64,000 bases of DNA from an uncultured bacterium (GCA_963819815.1 CAWFXL010000001.1:576001-640000); one strand, 5' to 3'. Positions 30,065 through 41,091 are shown, numbered from the stretch's first letter. Translations and numbers: made by a program. Notes: a model not told the origin generated them from the sequence alone.

Positions 30065-30820
30065 TTATGCTTTGACAGTACCCTTTTGTTCGATACTGTT
30101 TTGAGCGGCCACGTAATTTTTTTCAACCTGTTCCCAGTTTACCACATGCCACCAGGCATCACTATACTCAGCACGCCTATTTTGGTATTTCAAGTAATAA
30201 GCATGCTCCCATACATCAAGACCTAACAGCGGTATCAACCCTTGTGTAATAGGTGTATCTTGATTTGAGGTGGTCACAATTTTAAGGCCCCCATCTTTTG
30301 TAAGCACAAGCCATGCCCAACCGCTTCCAAATACACTCAGTGCAGCTTTATTAAACTGCTCCTTAAAGCTTTCAAGGCTACCAAAAGTTTTTTCAATAAG
30401 ATCTTTTATTAGGCCAACAGGTTGCTGTGCTGTAGGAGTCATACAAAGCCAGAAGAAGGAATGGTTATAATGGCCACCCCCATTATCACGAACTGCAGTA
30501 TGAATATATTCATAGTCTGGGAGTTCAGCTAAATGCGTAAGAAGGTATTCAAGAGATTTATTGCGAACCTCAGGAAAACTTTTTATTGCATCATTGAGCT
30601 TATCAACATATGCCTGATGATGCTTCGTATAATGAATCGTCATCGTCTCAGCATCAATATATGGTTCTAATGCATTAAATGCATAGGGCAAGGGAGGTAG
30701 CGTATAGGGATACGTTCCTTCAACATGGGCAACATGATTTTTATACATATAGGCACCACCAATAACAACCACTACCACGAGTCCCACTCCAAGGAGAATA
30801 GCAAGATTTCGATTCAACAT
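30065..30820 (-). CDS. sodA: Fe/Mn superoxide dismutase with N-terminal membrane anchor
   Basis: [35 protein letters not shown]; hydrophobic N-terminus. Confidence 0.92.
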   Translation of the reverse strand: MLNRNLAILLGVGLVVVVVIGGAYMYKNHVAHVEGTYPYTLPPLPYAFNALEPYIDAETMTIHYTKHHQAYVDKLNDAIKSFPEVRNKSLEYLLTHLAELPDYEYIHTAVRDNGGGHYNHSFFWLCMTPTAQQPVGLIKDLIEKTFGSLESFKEQFNKAALSVFGSGWAWLVLTKDGGLKIVTTSNQDTPITQGLIPLLGLDVWEHAYYLKYQNRRAEYSDAWWHVVNWEQVEKNYVAAQNSIEQKGTVKA

Positions 30821-30823
30821 AAC

Positions 30824-31438
30824 TCACCCACCATGTTTTTTATATAGTTCTTCAACGTAACCCCAATTCACCACATTCCACCAGGCTTGGATATAATCTA
30901 CACGACGATTTTGGTATTTGAGATAGTACGCATGCTCCCAAACGTCTAAACCAAGAATCGGCATATTCCCCTCTGACCAAGGCGTATCTTGATTAGCAGA
31001 AGAGGTAATTTCTAAGTTACCTGCCTTATTAAGAACCAGCCAGGCCCAACCACTACCGAAGCGGCTTTTTGCCGCAGTATTAAACTGTTCTTTAAATGCT
31101 TCAAAGGAGGTAAACTGCTTCTTAATTGCGTCAACTACAGTTCCTTGAGGAGTACCACCACCCTTGACCATCCAATCCCAAAAGAGTGTATGATTATAGT
31201 TTCCACCACCATTGTTTCTCACAGCAGTACGAATATCTTCAGGTATCTGCGTGAGGTTACCCAGTAACTCATCAAGTGTTTTACCCTGAAGTTCTGGATG
31301 ACCAGTAAGCGCTGCATTGAGGTTATCAACATACCCCTGGTGATGCTTCGTGTAATGGATCTCCATAGTACGCGCATCAATATAGGGCTCTAGGGCATCA
31401 TAGCTATATGGTAATGGGGGAAGCTTAAACATACTCAT
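30824..31438 (-). CDS. sodA: Fe/Mn superoxide dismutase, cytoplasmic
   Basis: [34 protein letters not shown]. Confidence 0.95.
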   Translation of the reverse strand: MSMFKLPPLPYSYDALEPYIDARTMEIHYTKHHQGYVDNLNAALTGHPELQGKTLDELLGNLTQIPEDIRTAVRNNGGGNYNHTLFWDWMVKGGGTPQGTVVDAIKKQFTSFEAFKEQFNTAAKSRFGSGWAWLVLNKAGNLEITSSANQDTPWSEGNMPILGLDVWEHAYYLKYQNRRVDYIQAWWNVVNWGYVEELYKKHGG

Positions 31439-31722
31439 CCTTCAGGTAACAAATACACCGTTTCATTTTTGTAAGCCATTTGAAGCTCTTTTCGAGCTAT
31501 GCTTTCTTTATAAAAAGGATTCTGCTGACGCTCATCAAGTTCATATTGGAGTTGAGCTATTTCTTCATCAAGCATCTTTATGTCACTCAGAAGTTCCTTA
31601 TTAAGAGCATCGGCCTGCCTCAATGCGTGCAGACCACCCTTTCCAAACAAATAAAAAAAGACCACTAAAGCAATCTCAAAGCCGATAATAACACGTAATG
31701 CCGTTCTTTGTAATTCTTTCAT
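31435..31722 (-). CDS. ftsB: Septum formation initiator (FtsB/DivIC family)
   Basis: TM + FGKGG, coiled coil, E.IARKELQM...NE.VY. Confidence 0.8.
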   Translation of the reverse strand: MKELQRTALRVIIGFEIALVVFFYLFGKGGLHALRQADALNKELLSDIKMLDEEIAQLQYELDERQQNPFYKESIARKELQMAYKNETVYLLPEG

Positions 31723-32000
31723 AGGGTACTATTCTTTGGACGTCTCGCCACGTTTATGTTCACAAGGATAATTTCTCTGAATCTAGCGTAAAAGCATGAT
31801 CTTGACAAGCGAAAATTAGTAAGCATCAACCCCATAAGTGATTCAAATGGGGCAAGAAAGTAAGGTGGGCACACTTCATCTAAGATCGTGAACTGGAATG
31901 CAAAGCGGATCAAGCGTTACACTACTTGGTTGTTTGCTTATTGCCAGATTCATCAAAAACCCTATTGGATCCTAAGCAAGAGATATCATACAGCTTCTAT

Positions 32001-33473
32001 CTAGTCACTATTTTTAAACAGGTCATCAAGGGTACAGATTCCCGATATAAGTTCTTGTGAGTACATCGTTTTTTTAAGGCCGCTAGCAGAAATCATACTG
32101 ATTAAAAATGTTTTTTGGGTCTTTGTTTGCTTTTCAAAGACTTTGAGTTTATTAGCCAAATTTGTTGCACATGATTTATCGATGGTAAAAGGTGTTATGG
32201 TATATTTAATTTCGCACACGGTAATCACACCATCATCTCGGTCAAACAAAAGATCTATTTGAGCTCCTTGCTCAAGAGAGCCTTTTGGCGGAACATAACG
32301 CCAGGTATAGGGAATTGCAGCATCACTTATCTGCAAAGCTTTTCTTATTTGTGAGACATGTCTATGACATAATGACTCAAAAGCGTAGCCAGCCCAACTA
32401 TGCCATGCAGGAGAATGTTGCACCTTTTCCCAATGTCCCTTGCTCATCCCTTTCTCCTGCAAAGTTCCTTTGATTGGCTCAATCCATTGAAAATAAAATA
32501 AACTATATTCGTCAACCATCTTATAATAGTAGCTCTTCTTGGCGGAGAATGGTGTGAACCGCTCAATAAATCCCGCCTTCTGTAAGTCTTGAAGACGTTG
32601 CACTAACGTGCCTCCACTTGAAGCGTGAAGAGCCTTTCTTGTCAACTCTTCTTGGCTAATTCCATAGCGGCAACCTGCGATAATTCTTGCTAACTCGATA
32701 TGGTCTTCACCACTATCAAAAAGCGTGGCATATAAGTTTTCAAATTCCTCAAGCAAGAAGCTGTGTTTTCTAAAGGCAAGATCAGCTATAACCTGTACCG
32801 CAGATAATCCTGGCCTGATCTGTGAAAGGTAAAAAGGAATACCTCCCAAGATCATATAGAGATCAGCTATATGCTTATTGCTTAGAGTAACCTTCTTGTA
32901 CTGCAAGTACTTTTTTGTCTCGTTGAGGGTAAATGGTTCAAGACAAATCCTCCGGGTAACACGATTATATAAAGCTCCACGATTGTTAACGATCTGCTTG
33001 AGTATCCAACCTGCTGAAGAACCGCAAATGATGAGCTTAACCCGAGAATCGTTGCTCGCGTGCTGATTCCAGAAATATTCAAATGCGGTCAGAAGTTCTG
33101 ATTTTCTTGTCGCCATCCAAGGAAACTCATCAAAGAATAGAACTATCTTCTTTTTCTGCGAGGCCTTTATTTCTCCCGCAAGTAGGTCAAGAGTATCATA
33201 CCAGTTTTCTGGCGGCTCAAGCCGTGCGCCAGGTCGATAAAAACACTCGCCAATTTGGTTCACAAAATTCTTAATCTGCTGGGCAACCTTTCCTTCCTTC
33301 ATTCCTGTTATCGTAAAAAATATTGTATTTTTCCTGTCGAGAAACGTATTTCGAACCAGATACGTCTTGCCGACTCTGCGCCGACCAAACAGTGCAATAA
33401 GCTCTGAACTATCTGATAAAAAAGCATCTTCAAGAATTCGCTTTTCCTCATACCTACCAATTATTGGTTTCAT
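32001..33473 (-). CDS. Archaeal-type P-loop ATPase + wHTH + PD-(D/E)XK nuclease-like protein, paralog 2
   Basis: IIGRYEE, Walker A GRRRVGKT, Walker B FFDEFPW, ICGS, GGIPFYL, GAQIDL..VCEIKY. Confidence 0.88.
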   Translation of the reverse strand: MKPIIGRYEEKRILEDAFLSDSSELIALFGRRRVGKTYLVRNTFLDRKNTIFFTITGMKEGKVAQQIKNFVNQIGECFYRPGARLEPPENWYDTLDLLAGEIKASQKKKIVLFFDEFPWMATRKSELLTAFEYFWNQHASNDSRVKLIICGSSAGWILKQIVNNRGALYNRVTRRICLEPFTLNETKKYLQYKKVTLSNKHIADLYMILGGIPFYLSQIRPGLSAVQVIADLAFRKHSFLLEEFENLYATLFDSGEDHIELARIIAGCRYGISQEELTRKALHASSGGTLVQRLQDLQKAGFIERFTPFSAKKSYYYKMVDEYSLFYFQWIEPIKGTLQEKGMSKGHWEKVQHSPAWHSWAGYAFESLCHRHVSQIRKALQISDAAIPYTWRYVPPKGSLEQGAQIDLLFDRDDGVITVCEIKYTITPFTIDKSCATNLANKLKVFEKQTKTQKTFLISMISASGLKKTMYSQELISGICTLDDLFKNSD

Positions 33474-33522
33474 ACTTTACCCATTCACCAAAAGAGAGCC
33501 TTACCAATTTCACCAGAGATAT

Positions 33523-33643
33523 GTAGCGGAAAAATAAGAAAACTATGAAAATTCCGCTGGGAATAAAATAACATATCCAGCGGAAAAAACCAATTTTTGC
33601 AAAAAAACCGCTGGCTATATATCAACATTCCCAGCGGAATTTT
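33523..33643 (-). repeat. Array of 38-bp inverted-repeat units, 54-bp period, upstream of ATPase paralog 2
   Basis: Alternating (CC)AGCGGAA and (TT)CCGCTGG half-sites: units 33523-33560 and 33577-33614, third left arm at 33631; 16-bp linkers. Confidence 0.85.
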
Positions 33644-33825
33644 ATGCAAATCAAGCACCATCAAAAACTTCCAAACTTAGCACCTAGAGGGATAATGCAG
33701 GACCTTTCGAAGGCGCTCCCATTCATCAGATAGCAACGTAAAATGCCCTAAAAAGAAGCAAAGAATGAACAAAAAACAAAGCTCTCTTATCTACGCAAAC
33801 TGACTAGTGCTACTCACACCAACAC

Positions 33826-34797
33826 TCACGCCTCAAGTTCATGAGGATCAGGATATTTCACACCGCGCGCAATTCCCATAGGAAAAAGCTGATTAAGTCG
33901 TCTTAAGTCCTCAGCAGATAGAGTGACGTTTGCAGCATTCACGTTCTCTTCTAAATAAGATATGCGTTTGGTACCTGGAATCGGTACGATGTCATTTCCT
34001 TGGGCTAATATCCATGCTAATGCTAATTGAGCAGGCATCAATTGCTTTTCTGCAGCAATTTCTTTTAATGTTACCAGCAGTTTTTTATTTGCCTCAAAAT
34101 CTTCACCAAGAAAGCGAGGAAGCCCTCGCCGGAAATCACCCTCAGGTAAAGTTTCAGTGCGGTCGATAGTCCCCGTCAAAAACCCTCGCCCGAGTGGGCT
34201 GTAAGCAACAAAGCCAATACCCAATTCTCTGCAGGTGGGAATAATCTCCTTTTCTGGATCACGTTGCCACAGTGAATACTCTGTTTGTACTGCGGCTATA
34301 GGGTGGATTTTTGCTGCGCGTCGTATGGTTTCAGGCTTCACTTCAGAGATACCGATATGACCAATTTTACCCTCCTTAACAAGATCGGCCAGCGCTCCTA
34401 TAGATTCTTCAATGGGAGTTTTCGGATCGACACGATGTAAATAATAGAGGTCTATAAAATCAACACCAAGTCTTTGTAAACTTTGGTCACACGCCTGTTT
34501 AATATAGGCAGGCGACCCATCAAGGACAACATCATTAACCAGTCTAAAACCCATCTTTGTTGCTAAAATAACGTTATCACGCTTGCCTTTAATCGCTTTA
34601 CCTATAAGCGTTTCATTGTGTCCCAACCCATACATATCAGCAGTATCGATGAATGTCACACCCAATTCAATAGCTCTTTGTAACGTAGCAAGTGATTGTG
34701 CATCATCACGTGTCCCATACCCCATAGACATGCCCATGCACCCAAGTCCAAGCTCAGGCACCACTAATCCGTTAAGTCCTAATTTTCGCAGTTTCAT
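33826..34797 (-). CDS. Aldo/keto reductase
   Basis: [42 protein letters not shown]. Confidence 0.95.
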   Translation of the reverse strand: MKLRKLGLNGLVVPELGLGCMGMSMGYGTRDDAQSLATLQRAIELGVTFIDTADMYGLGHNETLIGKAIKGKRDNVILATKMGFRLVNDVVLDGSPAYIKQACDQSLQRLGVDFIDLYYLHRVDPKTPIEESIGALADLVKEGKIGHIGISEVKPETIRRAAKIHPIAAVQTEYSLWQRDPEKEIIPTCRELGIGFVAYSPLGRGFLTGTIDRTETLPEGDFRRGLPRFLGEDFEANKKLLVTLKEIAAEKQLMPAQLALAWILAQGNDIVPIPGTKRISYLEENVNAANVTLSAEDLRRLNQLFPMGIARGVKYPDPHELEA

Positions 34798-35242
34798 CTC
34801 AACATCTCCTCATCAACAAAATAATTTTTTCGTTGGAATACCCTATCATATCGAGCAGGAAAATCCAATTTCCCCAAAAATGGCGCGGGCTCTGGTTTGA
34901 TTTAACAGTATATAAACCCATCTCCCGGTAAGAAATTATTTCCAACTTCACATGGTATGCTCATTTCCTTACGCCCATATTGCAAGCCCTTATGGGGATG
35001 AAAAAAAGTGCCACCTTAGATTCCGGAGTACGTATATGTCTGATTTAGAATGGATGAATGTGGTTTCAAGCAATCAAGGCAAAGGATCTGGTACGCGCGT
35101 GATTGGTCTATTATGGGTGCACAGGGTAACCAACAAATGTTGTTATCGTGCTCTCGAGATTGCAAGCAAATGAACTGAGGTATGATGATAATCGGTTTAG
35201 CAGGGTATGGAGACAATCATGCCTCCATACCCTACTAAAACC

Positions 35243-35758
35243 TTATTTGCAGATTAAGCGGTACACAGTGAAATTATTTATTGGCACTGCTGGAAGAGCA
35301 GTACTAGGTAGTTGTGCTTTTGGATCAGCAAACTCGGTTGCTGAAAAATTAGTGATTTGTGCGGTATTACACGCATCGTCAGTAAAGCAGATAGTTCCAA
35401 CGTAACGAATAAACTGTACATGGGATTCAATATTCAAATCTGCGATAAGACTTTCAGCAGCGCAAAAGGAAAAGCAGTTGTCACCAAGGCATTTCCATGT
35501 TCCTAATATTTCATGTTGAGTAGACGGATGATCTGCATCTGAACCAGGTCCCTCAGCAAATTGAATGATCATCGTTTTATCCTTATTGAATTGAAACGTA
35601 AATGGTCGAAACTCATGAAAATTCGATGCCATTGTTATGCCAACAAAAATGCCCTCGATGCATTTTGCGCCTTGAGGACGTTCATCACAACGTGCAATGG
35701 CCGGTAAAGTTACTAAGAGAAGTCCTATGGTTGCTACTTTAGAAAATGTATTCATCAT
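35243..35758 (-). CDS. Hypothetical secreted beta-rich protein
   Basis: AAGGA RBS, signal peptide; lipocalin-like G.W motif (LGTWK). Confidence 0.7.
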   Translation of the reverse strand: MMNTFSKVATIGLLLVTLPAIARCDERPQGAKCIEGIFVGITMASNFHEFRPFTFQFNKDKTMIIQFAEGPGSDADHPSTQHEILGTWKCLGDNCFSFCAAESLIADLNIESHVQFIRYVGTICFTDDACNTAQITNFSATEFADPKAQLPSTALPAVPINNFTVYRLICK

Positions 35759-36064
35759 TTTAATTCCTTTTTTTGCGATATATCAATGAGATTCGCGGTT
35801 ACTTAATATAGTTTAGTAATGCACCCCACTATTCTGTGGGTAGAAGTAAAAAAGTGTATGAGCGCTCTTCCTCCCTCTAGTAACAAATTTGTATTGCAAG
35901 ACATCATACAAAAAGTACTAAAAAGAGTTTTCACCAGTCAATAGATTGCTGGTATCTTTGAGCATAAGCTCAATGCATAGGCAAGCACTTCTCGTAATAG
36001 CGAGAATACCTGAGACATGTTGCATGCTTCATAGATACGAAAAAATGAGCTTTGAAGATAACCG

Positions 36065-37910
36065 TCACTCAACCGTGAGAGACTTTGCAAGATTCCGAGG
36101 CTTATCTATCGGACGCCCAAGGTGCTTTGCAATAGAATAGGCAAAGAACTGCATGAGCCCCGTCATAGCAAGCGGACCAAGAAGAGGATCAACCTGAGGC
36201 AATACAAAGGAGGTATCTGCAAGCTCAATAAGCTCTTTTTGACCTTCAAAGGCAAAGACCAGCAGATGCCCATTGCGAGCTTTTACCTCTTGAGCATTCG
36301 CGACAAGCTTTTGATAGAGAACTGGATCAAGCACGGAGAAAACAAACACCGGCATATGCTCATCAACAAGCGCTAGTGGTCCGTGCTTAAGCTCAGCTGC
36401 TGGATAACAGTCTGTAAATATGTATGATATTTCCTTAAGCTTTAACGATGCTTCCCGTGCAAAAGGATAGGTAATATGACGTCCAAGGAACAAAGCATTT
36501 TTATATAAAGCATACTGTGGTGCTAACTTCTCTACGATCACCTTTTTATAGGTATCGATCGCATTTTCAAGAATCTCTGCAACTACCAGAAGCTCATCTT
36601 CTGAAGCCTCAAGAGTTCGCTTATCGATACAACCTCGTTCATAGGCCATCTTGTGAGCAAGCCAATAGAGCGCCGCTACTTGTGCTGAAAAGGCTTTTGT
36701 TGAAGCTACAGCAACTTCTGGACCTGCATATAACGGAAGATAGCCATCAGTCTCACGTACCATAGTGCTTGATGGGACATTTACCAAAGCCACCGTATGC
36801 ATCTTCTGACTTTTTAGAAACCTGAGCGCTTCTAACGTATCAGCAGTCTCACCTGACTGACTTATCCCGATGCCAATACTTCGCATCTCCGGGAAGAATT
36901 CCTGATAGCGCATCTCAGACGCAAGACCAACTTCAATTTTTATGTGCGCAAGAGACTCAAAAAAGTACTGCCCAACTAAAGCAGCGTGCCACGAGGTACC
37001 ACATCCTACAAAGGTAATACTTTTAAGATCTTTTATCTGCTGAGAAGATACACCCATGCGCTGCCAAAGAGTATCTGCCAATGCACGATAGTTATGCACG
37101 GTATCTTGGATAACCTTCTTCTGATCGTAAATCTCTTTGAGCATAAAATGCTCAAAACCCTGCTTTAAATCTGATCCCATTGGTATATTCACCAACTCAA
37201 ACTGCACCGGCATCTCGTTGCCCATAAAGTCAAACAGCTTAACCGAATCCTTCTTCACTAACGCAAAGCTCTCATCAGGTACAAAGAATATCTTCGTGGT
37301 CTTACCGGCAAATGCGAGAATGTCTGACGCTATATACATCTCACCCTCGCCTCTACCTATACAGAGCGGCGAGCGTTTGCGTATAATAACCAAGGTATCG
37401 GGACAGTCACTGAGCATAAGAGCACAGGCATAGGCTCCTTCAAGCACATTGACGAGTTCAATGAGTGCATTTTTTAAGATCGTGTGGCGCGTAAGAAGAG
37501 ATTCCAATAGATGAGCAATAACTTCGGTATCGGTCTGCGAGCGAAAGGTATGTCCCTTCTTTTAAAAGCTGTATCTTCAGCTCATGGTGATTCTCGATAA
37601 TCCCATTATGGACGACCGAGATCTTTTTTTCACAATCAAAATGAGGGTGTGCATTTTCAGTGGAGCTCACTCCATGAGTAGACCAACGGGTATGCCCAAG
37701 GCCAATAAAGCCATCAATAGGTACGAGATCAAACGTCTTTAATAAGTTTGATACGCCCCCTTGGGATTTGGTGTACATAATCTGATGGGTATCAGGATGT
37801 AAACAAGCAAACCCCGCAGAATCATACCCACGATACTCAAGATGCGTAAGACCTTCCATAACGAAGGATCGGCTGTAGCTTTTGCCTACATACCCTACAA
37901 CACTGCACAT
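36065..37910 (-). CDS. glmS: Glutamine--fructose-6-phosphate aminotransferase, one frameshift near 37555
   Basis: MCSVVG, LEYRGYDSAG, GHTRWSTHG, HNGIIEN; removing one G in GAAGGGA restores GHTFRSQTDTEVIAHL; SQSGETAD, PRNLAKSLTVE. Confidence 0.93.
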
Positions 37911-37924
37911 AGATATATCTGGTA

Positions 37925-38368
37925 TTAACGTTTGGTAAATTGGAAACGAGCACGCGCTGCACGTTGCCCATATTTTTTACGCTCTTTAACACGAGAATCG
38001 ACCGTTAAAAGGCCTGCATCACGCAATATTGAACGTATATCTGGGTTAATTTCTAAGAGTGCTCGAGCGATACCGAGTTTCACCGCGTCCGCTTGGGCAA
38101 CAACGCCACCCCCACAAACATTCACGTCTATGTCATACTTTGAAGTATGAGGATAGACCTCAAATGGAGTTCGTGCTCTAAATTGAGCTATTTCTGTATC
38201 AAAGTAGCGATCATAAGGACGATCATTCACGGTCATGGTCCCCGTTCCTCGACGTAACCATACTCGTGCTACAGATTTCTTACGACGACCTACACCATGA
38301 CCTAAAGGTGCAGAACCTTTAGGAGCTTTAGGTGCTTCTTTTTTCGCAGTTTCTTTTTTTAGTGCCAT
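37925..38368 (-). CDS. rpsI: 30S ribosomal protein S9
   Basis: GVGRRKKSVARV, GGGVVAQADA, DSRVKERKKYG..ARARFQFTKR. Confidence 0.97.
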   Translation of the reverse strand: MALKKETAKKEAPKAPKGSAPLGHGVGRRKKSVARVWLRRGTGTMTVNDRPYDRYFDTEIAQFRARTPFEVYPHTSKYDIDVNVCGGGVVAQADAVKLGIARALLEINPDIRSILRDAGLLTVDSRVKERKKYGQRAARARFQFTKR

Positions 38369-38387
38369 TCTTAAACCTTTTACCTTT

Positions 38388-38464
<77 letters not shown>

Positions 38465-38566
38465 GTATGCACGCTCTTCACTAAGCTTGAGTATAGCAGA
38501 TAAAGATAAAAACTCCACTCCAAAATACAACTCTTTTTAGGCTCACCATGCTCCTGGGCAGGTCAG

Positions 38567-38926
38567 CTATTCCTTATGTGCATGTAGAGAAGGACCCTCT
38601 TCATAGGCCTCCTGACATTTAAGGCATCGAGTTGCATAGGGAAACATTTCTAAACGACGTTCAGATACTGGAATATTGCATTCTGAGCAGTTGCCATACT
38701 CGCCGTTATCGATCATAGCTAAGGCACGAAGTACCATCTGGTACTCATCAAGCTCATTATCATGCAATGAGATTTTGATACCTTCTAACGATGACGTTAA
38801 GGCCTGGTCTGCCGTATCTTGCACCTGATCATCGGTCACTTTTTCTTTATAGACCAAGGGTAAAGCTTCCTCCAATTCAAGCTTTCGTTTATGGAGCTTC
38901 GCTTTTATCGATTCTAAGTTCTTCAC
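38567..38926 (-). CDS. dksA: DksA/TraR C4 zinc-finger protein (in frame with tadA as sequenced)
   Basis: D..DQA coiled-coil tip, GEYGNCSEC...RL..P.ATRCLKCQ; probable GTG start 38926 after AAGGA. Confidence 0.8.
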   Translation of the reverse strand: MKNLESIKAKLHKRKLELEEALPLVYKEKVTDDQVQDTADQALTSSLEGIKISLHDNELDEYQMVLRALAMIDNGEYGNCSECNIPVSERRLEMFPYATRCLKCQEAYEEGPSLHAHKE

Positions 38927-39406
38927 TCTGTATCCTTTTTTTTTGAAAAAATCCTCAATAAGCTTTTGTGATTCATCACTCAGCACACCAGAAGTAATAC
39001 CCTTTAGGTGCTTCTGGTAGACCTCAGGAAAAGCTTCTTTCTCTACCTGGTAACCAAAGAGCGGTGATTGAGCACCATACACCACACGTGAAACTCTACT
39101 CAAACAGACCAAGCTCATGCACATAAGACAGGGCTCCACCGTTACATACAGCGTACAGTCGGTTAGTCGCCAATCTTTGCCTTCTATCCCCGCCTGTTCA
39201 ATAGCTCGTACTTCAGCATGGTAGCTTTGACTATAGCCATGCTCTGTATGATTAAAACCAGAGCCTATCACAACTCCTTCGGCGCTTACAATAATAGCTC
39301 CTATAGGAACTTCGTCAGCTTCGAAGGCAAGAATCGCCTGCTCTAGAGCCTTATGCATATATGTTTGATCGTACGCCCTTGTGCCTCCTATGATTCGGTT
39401 AACCAT
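38923..39406 (-). CDS. tadA: tRNA adenosine(34) deaminase
   Basis: EVPIGA, HAEVRAI, LYVTVEPCLMC, FF near C-terminus. Confidence 0.88.
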
Positions 39407-39810
39407 ACTTTGCAACTTTCACTCTCCGGATATAAATCAACAATCTTTTCAAGAAGCTGCACAATATCACCCTTGCGCAAAGTACGCAGCTGTGTTGACC
39501 AATCTTCCCTATCGGGAATCGATTCAGGGTGTTCAAGCCAAAATATCAATAATGCCGCAATATGCTTACAGGGGACAGATCTATTAACATAACAGGTACA
39601 GCATGAATTTGCTATGCCACGCTCATCAAGTAAGACACGAACAGCATAGCTTGGACACTCCGTTCCTTCGCTTAAAGCTTTCAGCATGTTCCATTCCCGG
39701 TAAAAGACGAAAAATGGATCCGTTTTCAAAAACTCCTTACCAATGTTGTACATCCGCGATCCACAATAATCTCTAATCGACTGCTTCGTAAGCTTGGGTA
39801 GCGTAACCAT
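39388..39810 (-). CDS. SWIM zinc-finger protein
   Basis: CTC....PCKHIAALL motif; AGGAG RBS. Confidence 0.8.
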   Translation of the reverse strand: MVTLPKLTKQSIRDYCGSRMYNIGKEFLKTDPFFVFYREWNMLKALSEGTECPSYAVRVLLDERGIANSCCTCYVNRSVPCKHIAALLIFWLEHPESIPDREDWSTQLRTLRKGDIVQLLEKIVDLYPESESCKVWLTES

Positions 39811-40308
39811 TCCACTCCTTAAGAGTTTTACGTAAGAATCTTCATTCTCACGGCAGTGCCACTATCGGAGCATACCTTATGCCCTTCCAGCCCGCACTTT
39901 GAAATAACCAGCTTCCACTACAATTACTCACCGCATAACGGATGTCTCTAGTGTAGAAAAAGTCATCAAGAAATGTAAATGGTTTTCGCAAATTCTATAG
40001 GAGTTCCGCGAAAATCACCAGTAGTAAGATGCGCTAAACTGTCGAAAGAGACCACTATTTACGCTAAATTTCTTTCATTCAGCGCCAAAGACAAGCTACA
40101 ACCGTAGGTCTATTAATGAACAGGTCAACAGGATCAATGCATGTCATACATGTATGGACAAAATTCATCGCCTTATTCGTATTTCAGTTTTATTGATTCG
40201 CATTTTAGGGTAAAATGTGAAGGATTGAGCATCAAGGTCTTTGACAAAGCAGAGCTAAATACCTTTATGTGCTTTATCAAAAAGATTACAGTTGGAGTAC
40301 ATCAGTTC

Positions 40309-40896
40309 ATGAAACGTAGCAATAAAGTACGAGTAAAAAAACATACAAGCATCACTAGCGTACCTGAGCTTATTGTTCATGAGAACAAGACTAGAAAAAT
40401 ATCACTTCTGCTTTTGCCTCTACTTGCAGCTTTGGGTTTTGATGTTCTTTTTAAACTCTATAACTGGTCTTCCTCAATTTCTATAAAAACTCTCTTATTC
40501 ATTGTATTGATAGTATTTGCGGTCTTTTCAATGGTCAGATTTTTCCAACTTCTTAAACTGTATATAAGCAAAGCCCCCGTACTGATTCTTAACAAGGACG
40601 GCCTATGGGTTAAGCAATGTGGTGTAATCCCGTGGGATAACATACTAGTAGTAGAAGAATTCATCATTAATCCCTTTAGTATCGAAGGTGAAGATCTTGT
40701 CAGCCTTGGGATTCGCTTGCGAGACCCGGAAGTAGCCTTCAAAAAAACAATGTTGGGACGTGTGGCACTCAAGTTAGTGAGACGCCGTAATCCCAATTAC
40801 CATATTCTGGTGCGACATCTTGATATAAGTTACCAAGAGATTTCACAATTTGCTGAAAAATTTATTAGTAAGAATCAACAAATTTCGCCTGAATAA
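40309..40896 (+). CDS. Hypothetical two-TM membrane protein with PH-like C-terminal domain
   Basis: GGAG RBS before ATG 40309; two TMs then PVLILNKDGL..IPWDNI. Confidence 0.6.
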   Translation: MKRSNKVRVKKHTSITSVPELIVHENKTRKISLLLLPLLAALGFDVLFKLYNWSSSISIKTLLFIVLIVFAVFSMVRFFQLLKLYISKAPVLILNKDGLWVKQCGVIPWDNILVVEEFIINPFSIEGEDLVSLGIRLRDPEVAFKKTMLGRVALKLVRRRNPNYHILVRHLDISYQEISQFAEKFISKNQQISPE

Positions 40897-41091
40897 GCAA
40901 TGAGATCTGGGAAAGTATATTCGAGATCCACGAGCAATCACTTATTTAATTCCCTTGGTTTTCATCAATTCCCTAGAGGCTGTCTGAGAAGAACCTGATA
41001 TCTCCACTATAAGATTGTATCTCCTGAGAAGGCGTTTATGTTGGAGGAATTTTATGAGAGCTGCTGGAGACAATGATGGTAACAAGGGAAA

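Noticed and set aside
31719..31913. 64-aa ORF upstream of ftsB
   Set aside because: No RBS or motif; probably the promoter region of the ftsB-sod-lysS operon.
36065..37910. glmS as a split gene or programmed frameshift
   Set aside because: A single extra G in a GGG run explains it, and similar indels affect gyrB, dacB and tadA, so sequencing error is more parsimonious.
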